Assembly: GCA_040755995.1 (NCBI GenBank)
Contig: JBFMAF010000037.1
Span: forward strand, 96,001 to 160,000
Direction: 5' to 3'
DNA from: Acidobacteriota bacterium
GTDB lineage: Bacteria > Acidobacteriota > CAIWXX01
DNA: 64,000 bases
The notes beneath the pieces were generated by a model, which saw only the letters and a program-made list of their open reading frames with translations, was not told the origin of the DNA and ran no database searches. This document shows positions 20,442 through 30,315 of this stretch, in pieces. The position numbers and the translations under genes were made by a program. Within the stretch, counting starts at the first letter, position 1; each line of letters starts with the position of its first letter.

Positions 20442-22658
20442 ATGGGAATGAATGCTGCCCGCTCTTACAATCGCTTGCGACCGCTCTGCGGCTCCGTCTT
20501 GCTTCTCCTCTGTGCGTCTCCTGCCCACGCCCTGGATGGGCGCGTGATCTTGGCTGACACCGGCCGGCCCGTTGCGGGCGCGGAGGTGTCGATCCTTGGG
20601 AGAACGGCGACGGCGCGCACCGACGCTGCGGGGCGATTCGTGCTGAGGCCCGACCCGGTACCTCCGTTCGAGATTCTCGTCGTACTCCCTGGCGAGCGCT
20701 ACTTGCGTCCGATACTGGTGGAGCGCATCCCGGAGGATGGCCCGCTGGATGTGGCGGTGGTTCCGGTGATCATGGAGTCCGTGACAGTGACGGGGGCTGC
20801 GCCCGACGTCGAATCGGCGCCGGCCGCCGGCACCACCTTGGTTTCGCACAACGATATCGAGACTCGCCAACCGGCCAACCTCACCCAGGCGCTGGAGAAC
20901 GTCCCCGGTGTCTCTCAAGTTTCGGAGGGGCAGGCGGCAGTGCCGGCCATCCGAGGGCTTGCCCGCGGCCGCACGCTGATACTCATCGACGGCGCTCGAG
21001 TCACGAGCGAGCGTCGAGTGGGTCCCAGCGCAACATACATGGATCCATTCGCGCTCGAAGGCATCGAGGTGGCCCGCGGGCCGGGCTCGGTGGCATACGG
21101 GTCGGACGCGTTCGGCGGTGTGATCGATGCTCGCACGAGGCGCCCGGCCCCTGGCGCGCCGCTGGCGATTCGGTTCGTCGGCAGCCTCGGGGCGGGGGTT
21201 CCCCAGCAGCGTGCCGGGGTGGAGGTCAGCAGAGGGCTGGGAGAGGGTGGTGTCTTGTTCCAGGGCCATTTTCGAAACCTGGACGACTACCGCAGCCCGG
21301 GGGGCACGGTGTTCAACTCGGCATCACGCGATGGAGGGTGGCTGGCGCGCTGGGAGCAGGCGGCCGGGCCCGGGCTGCTGTCGGTCGGATGGCAGAGCGA
21401 CCTGGGGCGCGACATCGAGCGGCCACGGAACAACTCGCGCACGACCCGGTTTTATTATCCCACCGAGGACTCGCACCGCTTCACCGCCTCCTACGACTCC
21501 GGCCCGGTCTGGGGGCTCAATCGCTTGACGCTCAGCTCGTTTGTCGGAAGCTATCACGTCGTCACCGATCAGGACAGGTTCACCACCGCGGCGAAACCAA
21601 GGCGGATCGAGCGCGCCGACGTCGATGCGAACGACTTCCACGTGCGCACCGCGGGAGAGAAGCTTGTGGGCAAGGCTCGCATCCAGTTCGGCGCCGACGT
21701 CAACGGCCGGTTCGATCTGGAGGCCGAGGACGTTTACGTCGACTTCGATGCCGACGGGCACGAGAGTGAACGAGAGGTGATCCAGACGATCGAGAACGCC
21801 GTCAGAACGGACGCTGGTCTCTTCGTGATGGCCGAGGGCGCGATCCATCCGCGTGTGAGTCTGGCGGGCGGTGCACGCGTAGACCGAGTGACCACCAGGA
21901 ACGACGGTGGCTACTTCGGCGATCGATCCACCGCCAACTCCGCTCTCTCCGGCTATGCGGCCGCGACCTTCGACAGCAGCAAAGGCGTCAACCTAACGCT
22001 GCAGATCGCACGTGGATTTCGCGACCCAGTCCTCTCAGATCGCTATTTCCGCGGCGTGACGGGGCGTGGATTCATCACGGGGAATCCGGATCTGGAACCC
22101 GAGACCAGCCTTCAATTCGACACTGCGCTCCGCTACACGGCCGGCCGCTGGCGAGTTGCCGGATTCTACTACGAGTACCGGATAGACGACCTGATCGAGA
22201 GATACCAGACGGACCCCGACTTCTTCTTCTTTCGCAATCGAGGCCGGGCTCGGCTTCGCGGAGTGGAGTTGGAAGGGCAGGGCGAGCTCGGTCACCGGCT
22301 GAGCCTGCAGGTGAGCGGCCAGATCCAGCGAGGCCGCGTTCTGGACGACGACACGCCCATGGATGACATCGCGCCGGGTACTCTCTCGATCCAGCTTCGA
22401 CGCGAAATCGGAAGTCGCGGCTTCGCGCAGGTTCGGACCGCCTTCTACGCGAAACGCGATGACCCGGGTCCGACCGAGGTGGCTACACCGGGCTACTGGT
22501 TGCTCGACGCCGCCGGCGGCTGGAAGCTTGCCGACCAAGCCGAACTGCGCATCCTGCTTCGCAACCTGCTTGACCGCGAGTACCCGGTGAGTCCCGACGC
22601 ACGCGCCGTCCCTGCACCCGGCATCTCGGGCCTCCTGACCTTCGTCCTCAAGCTGTAG
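20442..22658 (+). CDS. TonB-dependent receptor with N-terminal carboxypeptidase-regulatory-like domain
   Basis: Signal peptide; plug motifs IRGL and IEVARGPGSVAYGSDAFGGVI; GNPDLEPE; NLLDREY. Confidence 0.9.
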   Translation: MGMNAARSYNRLRPLCGSVLLLLCASPAHALDGRVILADTGRPVAGAEVSILGRTATARTDAAGRFVLRPDPVPPFEILVVLPGERYLRPILVERIPEDGPLDVAVVPVIMESVTVTGAAPDVESAPAAGTTLVSHNDIETRQPANLTQALENVPGVSQVSEGQAAVPAIRGLARGRTLILIDGARVTSERRVGPSATYMDPFALEGIEVARGPGSVAYGSDAFGGVIDARTRRPAPGAPLAIRFVGSLGAGVPQQRAGVEVSRGLGEGGVLFQGHFRNLDDYRSPGGTVFNSASRDGGWLARWEQAAGPGLLSVGWQSDLGRDIERPRNNSRTTRFYYPTEDSHRFTASYDSGPVWGLNRLTLSSFVGSYHVVTDQDRFTTAAKPRRIERADVDANDFHVRTAGEKLVGKARIQFGADVNGRFDLEAEDVYVDFDADGHESEREVIQTIENAVRTDAGLFVMAEGAIHPRVSLAGGARVDRVTTRNDGGYFGDRSTANSALSGYAAATFDSSKGVNLTLQIARGFRDPVLSDRYFRGVTGRGFITGNPDLEPETSLQFDTALRYTAGRWRVAGFYYEYRIDDLIERYQTDPDFFFFRNRGRARLRGVELEGQGELGHRLSLQVSGQIQRGRVLDDDTPMDDIAPGTLSIQLRREIGSRGFAQVRTAFYAKRDDPGPTEVATPGYWLLDAAGGWKLADQAELRILLRNLLDREYPVSPDARAVPAPGISGLLTFVLKL

Positions 22659-22866
22659 CACGGGTCCACGCGCACGGTCCAGTGGTCGCCCGATGCCGCG
22701 GGCCGCATGGACTGGGCGGTGCTCCAGCCGGGCGCGCGACTTATTCCAAAACCACGAACGCAAAGGCGATGCCGCGGCGGTTCAGGGCAGGTATCTGAGA
22801 TTCGGGGTGTACATGGTACGGAGGACGCACTCCGAATTTCAGGCAGGCATTTGGACTCGGTGGCGC

Positions 22867-22907
22867 TTGACTGCATTCGACAAACCGGTTATACAGATAT
22901 GTTTGTG
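22867..22907 (+). promoter_or_regulatory. Promoter/operator of arsR-acr3-arsC
   Basis: TTGACT and TATACA boxes, with inverted repeat ACAAAC...GTTTGT spanning the -10. Confidence 0.45.
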
Positions 22908-22918
22908 GAGGAGGCAAC

Positions 22919-23326
22919 TTGAAGGAGGCGGCTCGGTTCTTCAAAGTCCTGGCCGATGAAGCGCGGCTGCAGATGCTCTGGCTCCTGTTCAACCAGAAGG
23001 ATCTCTGCGTCTGCGACATCATGGCGGCGCTCGGGATCACGCAATCCAAGGCGTCCAGGCACCTGAGCACTCTGCGGCACGCAGGCCTGGTGATCGATCG
23101 GAAGGATGGGCTTTGGTCGCACTACGCGCTGCGTCCAGCCGCTGACGATCTCGCGAAAGCACATCTCAGGCTCCTCCGTGCGGGTCTGGCGCACCGCGCA
23201 GGCGCGGAGGCGCTCCTGAGCAGGCTCCATGAATGGCTCGAAACGAAGAGACGCGACACTGTCTGCCTGCCGGCGAAGAAGCGGCTGGCCGCGGGGCGGA
23301 CGGGACGTCGTGGAGGTACACGATGA
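22919..23326 (+). CDS. arsR: ArsR/SmtB-family repressor
   Basis: [16 protein letters not shown] metal-binding box, [16 protein letters not shown] with TTG start. Confidence 0.92.
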   Translation: MKEAARFFKVLADEARLQMLWLLFNQKDLCVCDIMAALGITQSKASRHLSTLRHAGLVIDRKDGLWSHYALRPAADDLAKAHLRLLRAGLAHRAGAEALLSRLHEWLETKRRDTVCLPAKKRLAAGRTGRRGGTR

Positions 23327-24411
23327 GAAACGAGTCCATTGCAATCACCGGCGCTCACTCCGAAGGGGTGGCAGGGCGTCTGTCCTTCCTCGATCGCTTT
23401 CTGACAGTCTGGATCTTCCTGGCAATGGCGGCGGGTGTAGGTGCCGGATACCTCTATCCCGGCATTGTGCCGCTGCTAAACAAGTTCAGCGTCGGCACGA
23501 CCTCGGTGCCAATCGCCATCGGCCTCATTCTGATGATGTACCCGCCGCTGGCGAAGGTCCGCTACGAGGAGATGGGTCCGGTCTTCCGCAACATCAAGGT
23601 ACTCGGGCTGTCGCTGGTGCAGAATTGGGTGGTCGGCCCGCTGCTGATGTTCGGCCTGGCTGTGCTCTTCCTGCACGACAAGCCCGAGTACATGGTCGGC
23701 CTCATCATGATCGGTCTGGCTCGCTGCATCGCCATGGTCATCGTCTGGAACGATCTGGCCAGGGGCGACACCGAGTACTGCGCGGGGCTCGTGGCGTTCA
23801 ACTCGATCTTCCAGGTTCTGTTCTACTCGGTCTACGCCTACATCTTCATCACCGTGGTGCCCACCTGGTTCGGTCTCAAGGGTGTGGCGGTCAATATCAC
23901 GATCGGTGAGATTGCGAAGAGTGTCTTCATATACCTCGGCATCCCCTTCCTCACGGGCATAATCACCCGCTTCACGCTCATCACGCTGAAGGACAAGCGC
24001 TGGTACCATGAGCGGTTCATTCCGAAGATCAGCCCGATCACGCTCATTGCGCTGCTCTTCACCATCGTGGTGATGTTTTCGCTCAAGGGTGAGACCATCG
24101 TCGAGCTCCCGCTCGACGTAGCCCGAATCGCCGTGCCGCTCCTCATCTACTTCGTGGTGATGTTCTTCATCTCGTTCTTCATGTCGAAGAAGGCCGGTGC
24201 GACCTACGGGCAGTCCGCGACGCTGTCGTTCACGGCGGCCTCTAACAATTTCGAGCTGGCCATCGCTGTGGCCGTTGCGACCTTCGGAATCCACCACGGC
24301 GGTGCCTTCGCCGCGGTCATCGGGCCGCTGGTCGAGGTGCCGGCGCTCATCGGCCTGGTCAATGTCTCGCTGTGGCTCGGGCGCCGGTACTACGGGCTGA
24401 AGGCGGCGTGA
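23323..24411 (+). CDS. acr3: ACR3-family arsenite efflux transporter
   Basis: [55 protein letters not shown] overlap with arsR. Confidence 0.95.
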   Translation: MRNESIAITGAHSEGVAGRLSFLDRFLTVWIFLAMAAGVGAGYLYPGIVPLLNKFSVGTTSVPIAIGLILMMYPPLAKVRYEEMGPVFRNIKVLGLSLVQNWVVGPLLMFGLAVLFLHDKPEYMVGLIMIGLARCIAMVIVWNDLARGDTEYCAGLVAFNSIFQVLFYSVYAYIFITVVPTWFGLKGVAVNITIGEIAKSVFIYLGIPFLTGIITRFTLITLKDKRWYHERFIPKISPITLIALLFTIVVMFSLKGETIVELPLDVARIAVPLLIYFVVMFFISFFMSKKAGATYGQSATLSFTAASNNFELAIAVAVATFGIHHGGAFAAVIGPLVEVPALIGLVNVSLWLGRRYYGLKAA

Positions 24412-25127
24412 ACGTGACGTTTCCAGGCGCCATTCGGATCGAGGTGCTCGTGTTCGAGGGGTGCCCCCATGCCGAGGAAGCCATCGGCCTGGCCAGCGCG
24501 GTCGCAGAGGGACTCGGCCCGGGGATCGCAGTCGAGCGGGTGGAGGTGGACACGCCGGAGAAGGCCGCGGCTGTGGGGTTCCTTGGCTCTCCGTCAATCC
24601 GGGTGAACGGTCTGGATGTCGAGGGCAGGACGGCGGACAGGGGGGAGCTCTGCTGCCGCACATATGAGGGCGGCTCCGGGGTTCCGCCCGCCTGGATGGT
24701 CGAGGCCGCGGTGCTGAGGGCACTGCGGCCCCGTGGGGTTCTCTTCCTCTGCGTTGCCAATTCCGCGCGGAGCCAGATGGCCGAGGCGATCGCGCGCTCG
24801 ATCGCCCCACCCGGCACGAAAGTGTGGTCAGCCGGCTCGCGGCCTACGAGCGTCCGGCCCGAGGCGATCACGGTACTGCAAGAGATCAGCATCGACATGT
24901 CGGGACACCGGTCGAAGGCGGTATCCGAGATCCCCGCAGGCCAGGTGGACACGGTGATCACGCTGTGCGGCGAGGAGGAGTGCCCGGTGTTTCTCGGCAA
25001 TGCGCGGCGCCTGCATTGGGGCATTCATGACCCAGCCGCCGCAACCGGCTCCGAGACCGACCGCCTGAATGCCTTCAGGCAGGTTCGTGATGAGCTGCGG
25101 CGCCGCATCGAAGCATTCCTCCAGTAG
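24408..25127 (+). CDS. arsC: Arsenate reductase (LMW-PTP type) fused to an N-terminal thioredoxin-like domain
   Basis: C-terminal half has [19 protein letters not shown]...CP and HWGIHDP. N-terminal half has [18 protein letters not shown] and CCRTY. GTGA overlap with acr3. Confidence 0.88.
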   Translation: MNVTFPGAIRIEVLVFEGCPHAEEAIGLASAVAEGLGPGIAVERVEVDTPEKAAAVGFLGSPSIRVNGLDVEGRTADRGELCCRTYEGGSGVPPAWMVEAAVLRALRPRGVLFLCVANSARSQMAEAIARSIAPPGTKVWSAGSRPTSVRPEAITVLQEISIDMSGHRSKAVSEIPAGQVDTVITLCGEEECPVFLGNARRLHWGIHDPAAATGSETDRLNAFRQVRDELRRRIEAFLQ

Positions 25128-25363
25128 CGATCGTCCGGAGGAGTGATCCGGTGACGGAGATCGCGAACTGCACTCAAGAATCAGACAGCGCGCAAGACCG
25201 TTCGTATTCACATCTGGTGGCATCCCTGGCGTCGTTCATCTGACGCAACGCAGCGGCAGCGGTCGGTGGCTTGATCCGCCGGGCTCAGGCCCCAAGCTTT
25301 CGGCACACCTCGACGGCCGTGTCGATGGCCGTCCCCACTGCCAGCGGTTGAAGACGCCGCAGG

Positions 25364-25885
25364 CTACGCGCCCGCCTGGCGCAGCAGCTCGGTGATCCTC
25401 ACCAGGTGGTGGTCATCGTGCTCGGCGGCGAACACCATCAAGTCCAGGACTCGCATCGGCCGATTCAGACGCGGATGATGGGCCGATCGGGCAGCGCCCT
25501 GCTCGTCCAGAGCTTCGAGGCGCCCGACGAGCCCTCTTCTCGCTTGCCGGAACGTCTCCAGAAGAGCATCGGGCTCTGCTTCATTGTACTTGCTCTCCTC
25601 GGTGGCCCGGTTGGTCATGTCAGCGGGTCGCAACGCTTCCAGGCCGGCGTCGTAGTCGTCCAGGCGAAGCAGCCAGAGGCTTTCGGCCTGGACGAGATGG
25701 CCGATGTTCTCCAGGATTGACCAGGACTCACCCGATCGTTTCCGCAGAACGTCGTCGGGCAGGCCGCGGATCCGATCGGCGACGCGAGCGGGCGTGCCCC
25801 GGAGCCGTTCGAGCACGTTCGGGAACATCGAGATCGGCAGGTCCAAGGAAAAGCGACGCTCGAGCCATGCGGCTCTCTGCACCAT
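25364..25885 (-). CDS. DinB-family (DinB_2) protein
   Basis: WSILENIGHL and AEHDDHHL His-triad motifs. Confidence 0.85.
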   Translation of the reverse strand: MVQRAAWLERRFSLDLPISMFPNVLERLRGTPARVADRIRGLPDDVLRKRSGESWSILENIGHLVQAESLWLLRLDDYDAGLEALRPADMTNRATEESKYNEAEPDALLETFRQARRGLVGRLEALDEQGAARSAHHPRLNRPMRVLDLMVFAAEHDDHHLVRITELLRQAGA

Positions 25886-25944
25886 GTGGGACTCCTTTCT
25901 GGGACAATCGTCTCCCGCCTCATACTATGCCAACCCGAGGGAGT

Positions 25945-26766
25945 CTACACCAACCAACCAGCGTAGAGATCCGGGCGCCTGTCTCGCAAGAACAGAGTGC
26001 GCGCATGCGAGCCACGCACCAGGCTCAGATCGAGGTCGCTGAGGAGGATCTCTTCGGTGCCCTCGGCGGCTCGTGCTATCACCGAGCCCGTCGGATCGCA
26101 GACGAATGACTGCCCTGCGAACGTGAGCTTGGGCTCGGGGCCCACGCGGTTGCACAAGGCGGTGAAGTAGCCGTTCTGGAAGGCCGCCACACGCATCTCG
26201 GCTTCGAACAGGCCCTCCGGCCACTCGCCGGCGGCTCCCGCCTGCGGAATCACCACGATCTCCGCTCCGCGCAACGCAAGCGCGCGCGTGTATTCGGGGT
26301 AGTGCCGATCGTAGCAGATGGCCACGCCGATCCTGCCGAAGGCAGTCTCGTAGACCGGCGTCCCCCTGTCACCGGGCGTGTAGTAGCTCTGTTCGTGGAA
26401 GCATGGGTAGTCCGTGATGTGGATCATGCGCGTGACACCGAGGAGCTTCCCGCCGGCATCGATCACAGGAGACGAGTCGTACGCTCGATCTCCGGCGCGC
26501 TCGTAGAGATTCAGCACGAACACGATGCCGAGATCGCGCGCGTGTGTCGAGAAGAGCTCTGTTGTGGGACCCGGAACGGTCTCCGCAAGTGACAGGTGAT
26601 CGCCGCTGGAGCACTGCTGCGGATGGAACGGGTCGAATGCGAGCTCGGCGAAGCACACGATCTGCGCTCCGCCTCGCGCCGCCTCGTGGGCGGCGATGAT
26701 TCCCTTCTCGATGTTGGCCCGCCGGTCCGTGGTGGCTGTCTGCTGGACGAGCGCTATTCTCGGCAT
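25945..26766 (-). CDS. Carbon-nitrogen hydrolase (N-carbamoylputrescine amidase / beta-ureidopropionase-like)
   Basis: CFAEL, FHEQSYYTPGD, GVAICYDRHYPE, NRVG. The usual catalytic Lys position reads TRMIHI. Confidence 0.85.
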   Translation of the reverse strand: MPRIALVQQTATTDRRANIEKGIIAAHEAARGGAQIVCFAELAFDPFHPQQCSSGDHLSLAETVPGPTTELFSTHARDLGIVFVLNLYERAGDRAYDSSPVIDAGGKLLGVTRMIHITDYPCFHEQSYYTPGDRGTPVYETAFGRIGVAICYDRHYPEYTRALALRGAEIVVIPQAGAAGEWPEGLFEAEMRVAAFQNGYFTALCNRVGPEPKLTFAGQSFVCDPTGSVIARAAEGTEEILLSDLDLSLVRGSHARTLFLRDRRPDLYAGWLV

Positions 26767-27031
26767 GGCTCCCAGTCCTTCATAAAGTGTCACATATGGC
26801 AGGCAGATCATATTCGCTGATGGGTAATTCGTCTATCTCGACGTGCGCCACGCCGGCTGACCCTCGGAGGCTGCATTCCGTTGCACGTGGTCCGCAGGTG
26901 GCCGTAGGAAAGGTCGCGGTATCTTTGCCGGGATTACGACGACGATTGTCTATGCCAGTGCTTGCCGCGCCACCGCGGTGAGACAGCCCTGCTTGACCTC
27001 AAGAGACACGCGGGGACGCGGTGGCGAGAGC

Positions 27032-27060
27032 TTGGCAATCATGAGTGGACCTGCTACACT
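27032..27060 (+). promoter_or_regulatory. sigma70-type promoter
   Basis: TTGGCA, 17 nt spacer, TACACT with extended TG. Confidence 0.5.
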
Positions 27061-27080
27061 CGCCCAAGGAGGTCGCGAGG

Positions 27081-27260
27081 ATGGAAAGAAGTCCACCTTC
27101 GGATCTGGCTCCGGACGAAACCGCGTCAATTGTGACGGCCATCGAAGGTGCGTCTACAGAAATAGCCCGCCTCCTTGAACAGATGACAAGGGACCAGGCG
27201 GAGATTGAGCGGCTCAAAGACGAGACGCGTGCGATACTGGAGGACTTGAAGGCGGCCTGA
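27081..27260 (+). CDS. Small coiled-coil hypothetical protein
   Basis: AAGGAGG RBS and upstream promoter; 59-aa helical sequence. Confidence 0.6.
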   Translation: MERSPPSDLAPDETASIVTAIEGASTEIARLLEQMTRDQAEIERLKDETRAILEDLKAA

Positions 27261-27263
27261 GGC

Positions 27264-27531
27264 ATGCTGAAGCAGCTCTTCGAACTGGTCAGGCAACTGT
27301 TGGTGTTCGCCCGCGAGACGGAGCGGAAGAAGGCGGAGATCAAGGAGTTGCATCGGGAGTTGAGGGAATCGCGGGGTCGTGCAGCGTCTTGCCTACGAGA
27401 TTCACAGGGTCAAAGAGGACAATGCGCATGAGCGGGACAAGATTGCACTCCGCTTGGAAAACGCGCTGTTGAAGCTCGAGCGCCGATTACCCGTGCCGGG
27501 GTCATCGCAAGAAGAAAACGATCTCAGCTGA
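27264..27531 (+). pseudogene. Small coiled-coil protein with frameshift near 27370
   Basis: MLKQLFELVRQLLVFARETERKKAEIKELHRELRE continues in another frame as VVQRLAYEIHRVKEDNAHERDKIALRLENALLKLERRLP...stop. Confidence 0.6.
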
Positions 27532-27581
27532 CGGCGCCTTGCGGCCCGAGCGGCTCGTGCGCGGCGCCGGGGGAGGGAACG

Positions 27582-28064
27582 ATGCGTTTCCGGGATCACT
27601 CCGTCAGTCAAGTCCGGGTAGGGCTTCACAGCATCGGAGTCGCCGGGCTGGGCGATGCGTTGCGGCGCGCCGCGCAGTCCGGTCTGCAGGACCGCGAGGC
27701 GATCATCGACCTGATCATGGAGGATCTTGCGGCGCGGAACTACACTCCGGAGAACCTCGCCGAGGACTATCGGACAGCAGTGTGGCGGGAGTACCTGCGC
27801 AGCAAGGGAGAGGATTTCAGCGAGTACTACTCGGCCGTGCCGGTGACAATCCGCGGCGAGCCGGGCGAGGACCGCGATCGATTCGTTAGCCTCGTAGAGG
27901 CGGTGTTGGCTCGGTTCGAGCTGCGACCGGTCTTCAGCTTTGCGCCAGCCGGCCCGGATGGGCCGAACCCGCAGCTGGCTATCGGCGAGGAAACCATCGC
28001 GCGGGGGCTGCACACCCGGCTGAGCCTCGAGACTGCCGTTCGCAATTCGCTCTCGGGCTGGTGA
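27582..28064 (+). CDS. Hypothetical protein with C-terminal thioredoxin-like domain lacking CxxC
   Basis: GGAGG RBS. The C-terminus (VTIRGEPG...PQLAIGEETIARG) parallels the small Trx proteins at 30070 and 30680 but contains no Cys. Confidence 0.6.
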   Translation: MRFRDHSVSQVRVGLHSIGVAGLGDALRRAAQSGLQDREAIIDLIMEDLAARNYTPENLAEDYRTAVWREYLRSKGEDFSEYYSAVPVTIRGEPGEDRDRFVSLVEAVLARFELRPVFSFAPAGPDGPNPQLAIGEETIARGLHTRLSLETAVRNSLSGW

Positions 28065-28150
28065 CCCGGCTGAAAATGATCACGGGGCGCGTGACGCCTC
28101 GAAATCGACGGGAGCCCGGGAACGGCCCACCAGCAGCCGGGAGGTCGCGG

Positions 28151-28180
28151 AGCCGTTCGTAGAAGCGAGTTCGAACGGCC
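28151..28180. terminator. Hairpin between convergent genes
   Basis: GCCGTTCG-N12-CGAACGGC inverted repeat. Confidence 0.4.
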
Positions 28181-28194
28181 CTCAGGCTTCCCGG

Positions 28195-28530
28195 TCAGGT
28201 TGAGTCAGTTCCTTCGCCTACGAAGCCGCACGCAGTCAGAAGCGCCTTGCGGACGTCATGCCATCTCGATTCCGGCAGACTGCATATGGCCGGCCCAATC
28301 CGGTCGCGTTGGGCCAGCGACACGTGGTCAAGGTTCAGAGCGCATATGACGGGCAGGCCGTCATCCGACGAGAGGACCACCTCTGTTGTCAGGCCACGAA
28401 TCGTACGCGTTATGGGCGCAACGATGATTTCGTTCAACTGGTCGATTACATCGTTTCGTGTGAGGACCAAGACCGGGCGGCGCTTGTCCGGCGGCCGAAA
28501 TGTGTACCATCTGATTTCGCCGCGCTTCAA
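28195..28530 (-). CDS. mazF: MazF/PemK-family toxin
   Basis: KRGEIRW, DKRRPVLVLTR, IIVAPITRT; TTG start overlapping the antitoxin stop, after GGAGG. Confidence 0.88.
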   Translation of the reverse strand: MKRGEIRWYTFRPPDKRRPVLVLTRNDVIDQLNEIIVAPITRTIRGLTTEVVLSSDDGLPVICALNLDHVSLAQRDRIGPAICSLPESRWHDVRKALLTACGFVGEGTDST

Positions 28531-28736
28531 TCGATCTCCTCCCAACCTCCGGCATCCCAGGAAAGCGGTTCTTCATCGCTTGAGAACTCCTCGATCGAGG
28601 GGGGAAACGCACGGTATGCAGCAGATTCGTCTGCTCCCCCTTTCACGCTGATCAACCGAAGCAGTCGAAGGCGCTGCTCGTGCGTCAGGCAGGCAATCAG
28701 TGGGAGAATGTCATCGGCCGTGAGTGACCTCGCCAT
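28527..28736 (-). CDS. Putative antitoxin with acidic C-terminal tail
   Basis: 69 aa, directly upstream of and overlapping mazF; tail EEFSSDEEPLSWDAGGWEEID. Confidence 0.7.
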   Translation of the reverse strand: MARSLTADDILPLIACLTHEQRLRLLRLISVKGGADESAAYRAFPPSIEEFSSDEEPLSWDAGGWEEID

Positions 28737-29048
28737 ATGCATATTTTATCAGAAACTTCAGGCGACTAAACAGCACGTCATGAGTCCACAGCCGATTCAA
28801 CACGTCGACGGAATGCATGACGCGTCCTATTCGCCGGGATGACCTCAGGCATCGCATCGGCCATTCGGCACGCCCGCGGCTGCGACTCCGAACATGACGG
28901 GTCCGGTGCCTATCGATGAGCTTCGGAGGATCCTGCGGACCCAGCTGCAATAGACACGGCGCGGTTGAGATGGAAACCGCCTCCCGCGAACAGTTCCTGT
29001 ACGCGGCGGATGCGAACCGCGGGGCGAGGTGATCCTACAGGCGGCGAA

Positions 29049-29384
29049 TCAGAATGGCGAATCGGGTAGACTCAGGCCGGCGGACTTCCCTTGCTCGAAC
29101 GCATCGAACCGCAGCAGCCAGAGGCCGATGCCCGCCACACCCTGCATGTAGCCTGTCTGAGCGATTGCGTTGCCCGGCTCCGTGCGGTTCTCCGGCTGCA
29201 CCCACACGAATGCCTTGCCGTGGCGCGTCGCGTGCTGGACCAGGTGGTCGCTCATCCTCCGCGCGAAGACGAAATACTCCTCTTTCCCGGTGACCTTGTA
29301 GAGTGCGAGAAAGAACTCCCCGAGGCCCGCCGAGCCGCAGCGCCGGCTGACGTTCCAGAATCCGGGCTGCGGGGTCTCTGGGAT
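29049..29384 (-). pseudogene. C-terminal fragment of a LanC-like (lanthionine synthetase C) protein
   Basis: PGFWNVSRRCGSAGLGEFFLALY and QTGYMQGVAGIGLWLL...LPDSPF; no N-terminal part. Confidence 0.7.
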
Positions 29385-29465
29385 CTGCCACCCGTCTGCT
29401 GCGTCCCCTTCTGACTGTATGCGATGGCAGGTGTGTAGGCAACGGTCTTCCCCATCTTGCGCGAT

Positions 29466-29651
29466 TCACTTGGCCGGTGTTCGGATTATCTTCGCCACCA
29501 GGTTCGCCGTCGGGTCCGGGCAGCGGACATACTCTGTCGTCAGCCCGGCCGGATCGACTACTTTCTCGTACGGCGTGCCCTCGTACATCCATGGCAGCGA
29601 TACGCCCCACTCCAACAGACGCACGAAATCGTTCATGCTTGAGCGCAGCCA
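29466..29651 (-). pseudogene. C-terminal fragment of a small Cys-containing protein (possibly TIGR04076-like)
   Basis: WLRSSMNDFVRLLEWGVSLPWMYEG...YVRCPDPTANLVAKIIRTPAK-stop, abutting the radical SAM fragment out of frame. Confidence 0.4.
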
Positions 29652-29950
29652 AGCGGTTCACCCCAGGTGTTTCTGATGCAGGTCTGGCAGGCGAGATTGC
29701 AGCGCGTCGTGGGTTCGATGTAGACACGGGCGAGGGCATGTATGTTGGGGAGGATCTCGAAGCGCCCTCCCCCGTCCACGATGTGGACGGAAGCCCCAGG
29801 GGCAAGGCCCAGTTTGCCGGCGATTGTCTCGGGCAGAACCAGATGCCCGTTCTCGTCCACGCGTATCTCTACGGGCCGTCTCGCTGCTTGGCTCTCGGGC
29901 GCTATGCGAGACACGCCCGCAGCGCTTTCGCCTTTCTCAGAATAGGGCAT
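29633..29950 (-). pseudogene. N-terminal fragment of a radical SAM protein (tungsten-oxidoreductase maturase-like, AbrB-like N-terminus)
   Basis: VDENGHLVLP followed by VYIEPTTRCNLACQTCIRN (CX3CX2C); truncated right after WGEPLG. Confidence 0.75.
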
Positions 29951-30069
29951 CTATTCGACTCACGCTCGAACGCAGCTCCCGCTGACCGCACCCACCCCGA
30001 AGTCACCCTTGATGCACGTGTCGAGCAAGGGGCGGAGCCGATGTCAGACGGCCTGATCCGCTCCGCTAC

Positions 30070-30315
30070 TCACTGCCCCTTCAGCGAAGTGAACAGCTTC
30101 TTCAACTCCTCGACCGTTGGGACTCTGCCTGACACAACGATCTTGCCGTCGACAAGAATGGCGGGGGTCATCAGGACACCCATCGCGGTGAATTCGTTCA
30201 CGTCATGGACGTGGCTGATGTCGGCGGCGAGGTCGAGCTCCGCGCAGGCGTTGAAGACGTTCTTCTCGGTCGTCTGGCAACGCATGCAGCCTGGGCCGGC
30301 AACCTGGATCTTCAT
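30070..30315 (-). CDS. Small redox-active disulfide protein (Thioredoxin_3 / MTH895 family)
   Basis: GPGCMRC, TPAILVDG. Confidence 0.9.
   Translation of the reverse strand: MKIQVAGPGCMRCQTTEKNVFNACAELDLAADISHVHDVNEFTAMGVLMTPAILVDGKIVVSGRVPTVEELKKLFTSLKGQ

Noticed and set aside
26968..27026. 10-bp inverted repeat CGCCACCGCG/CGCGGTGGCG as a MITE
   Set aside because: Short, GC-rich, single copy and without an evident target duplication.
29049..29950. RiPP cluster (radical SAM plus LanC)
   Set aside because: Both are fragments, there is no precursor peptide or dehydratase, and the juxtaposition looks like a deletion scar.
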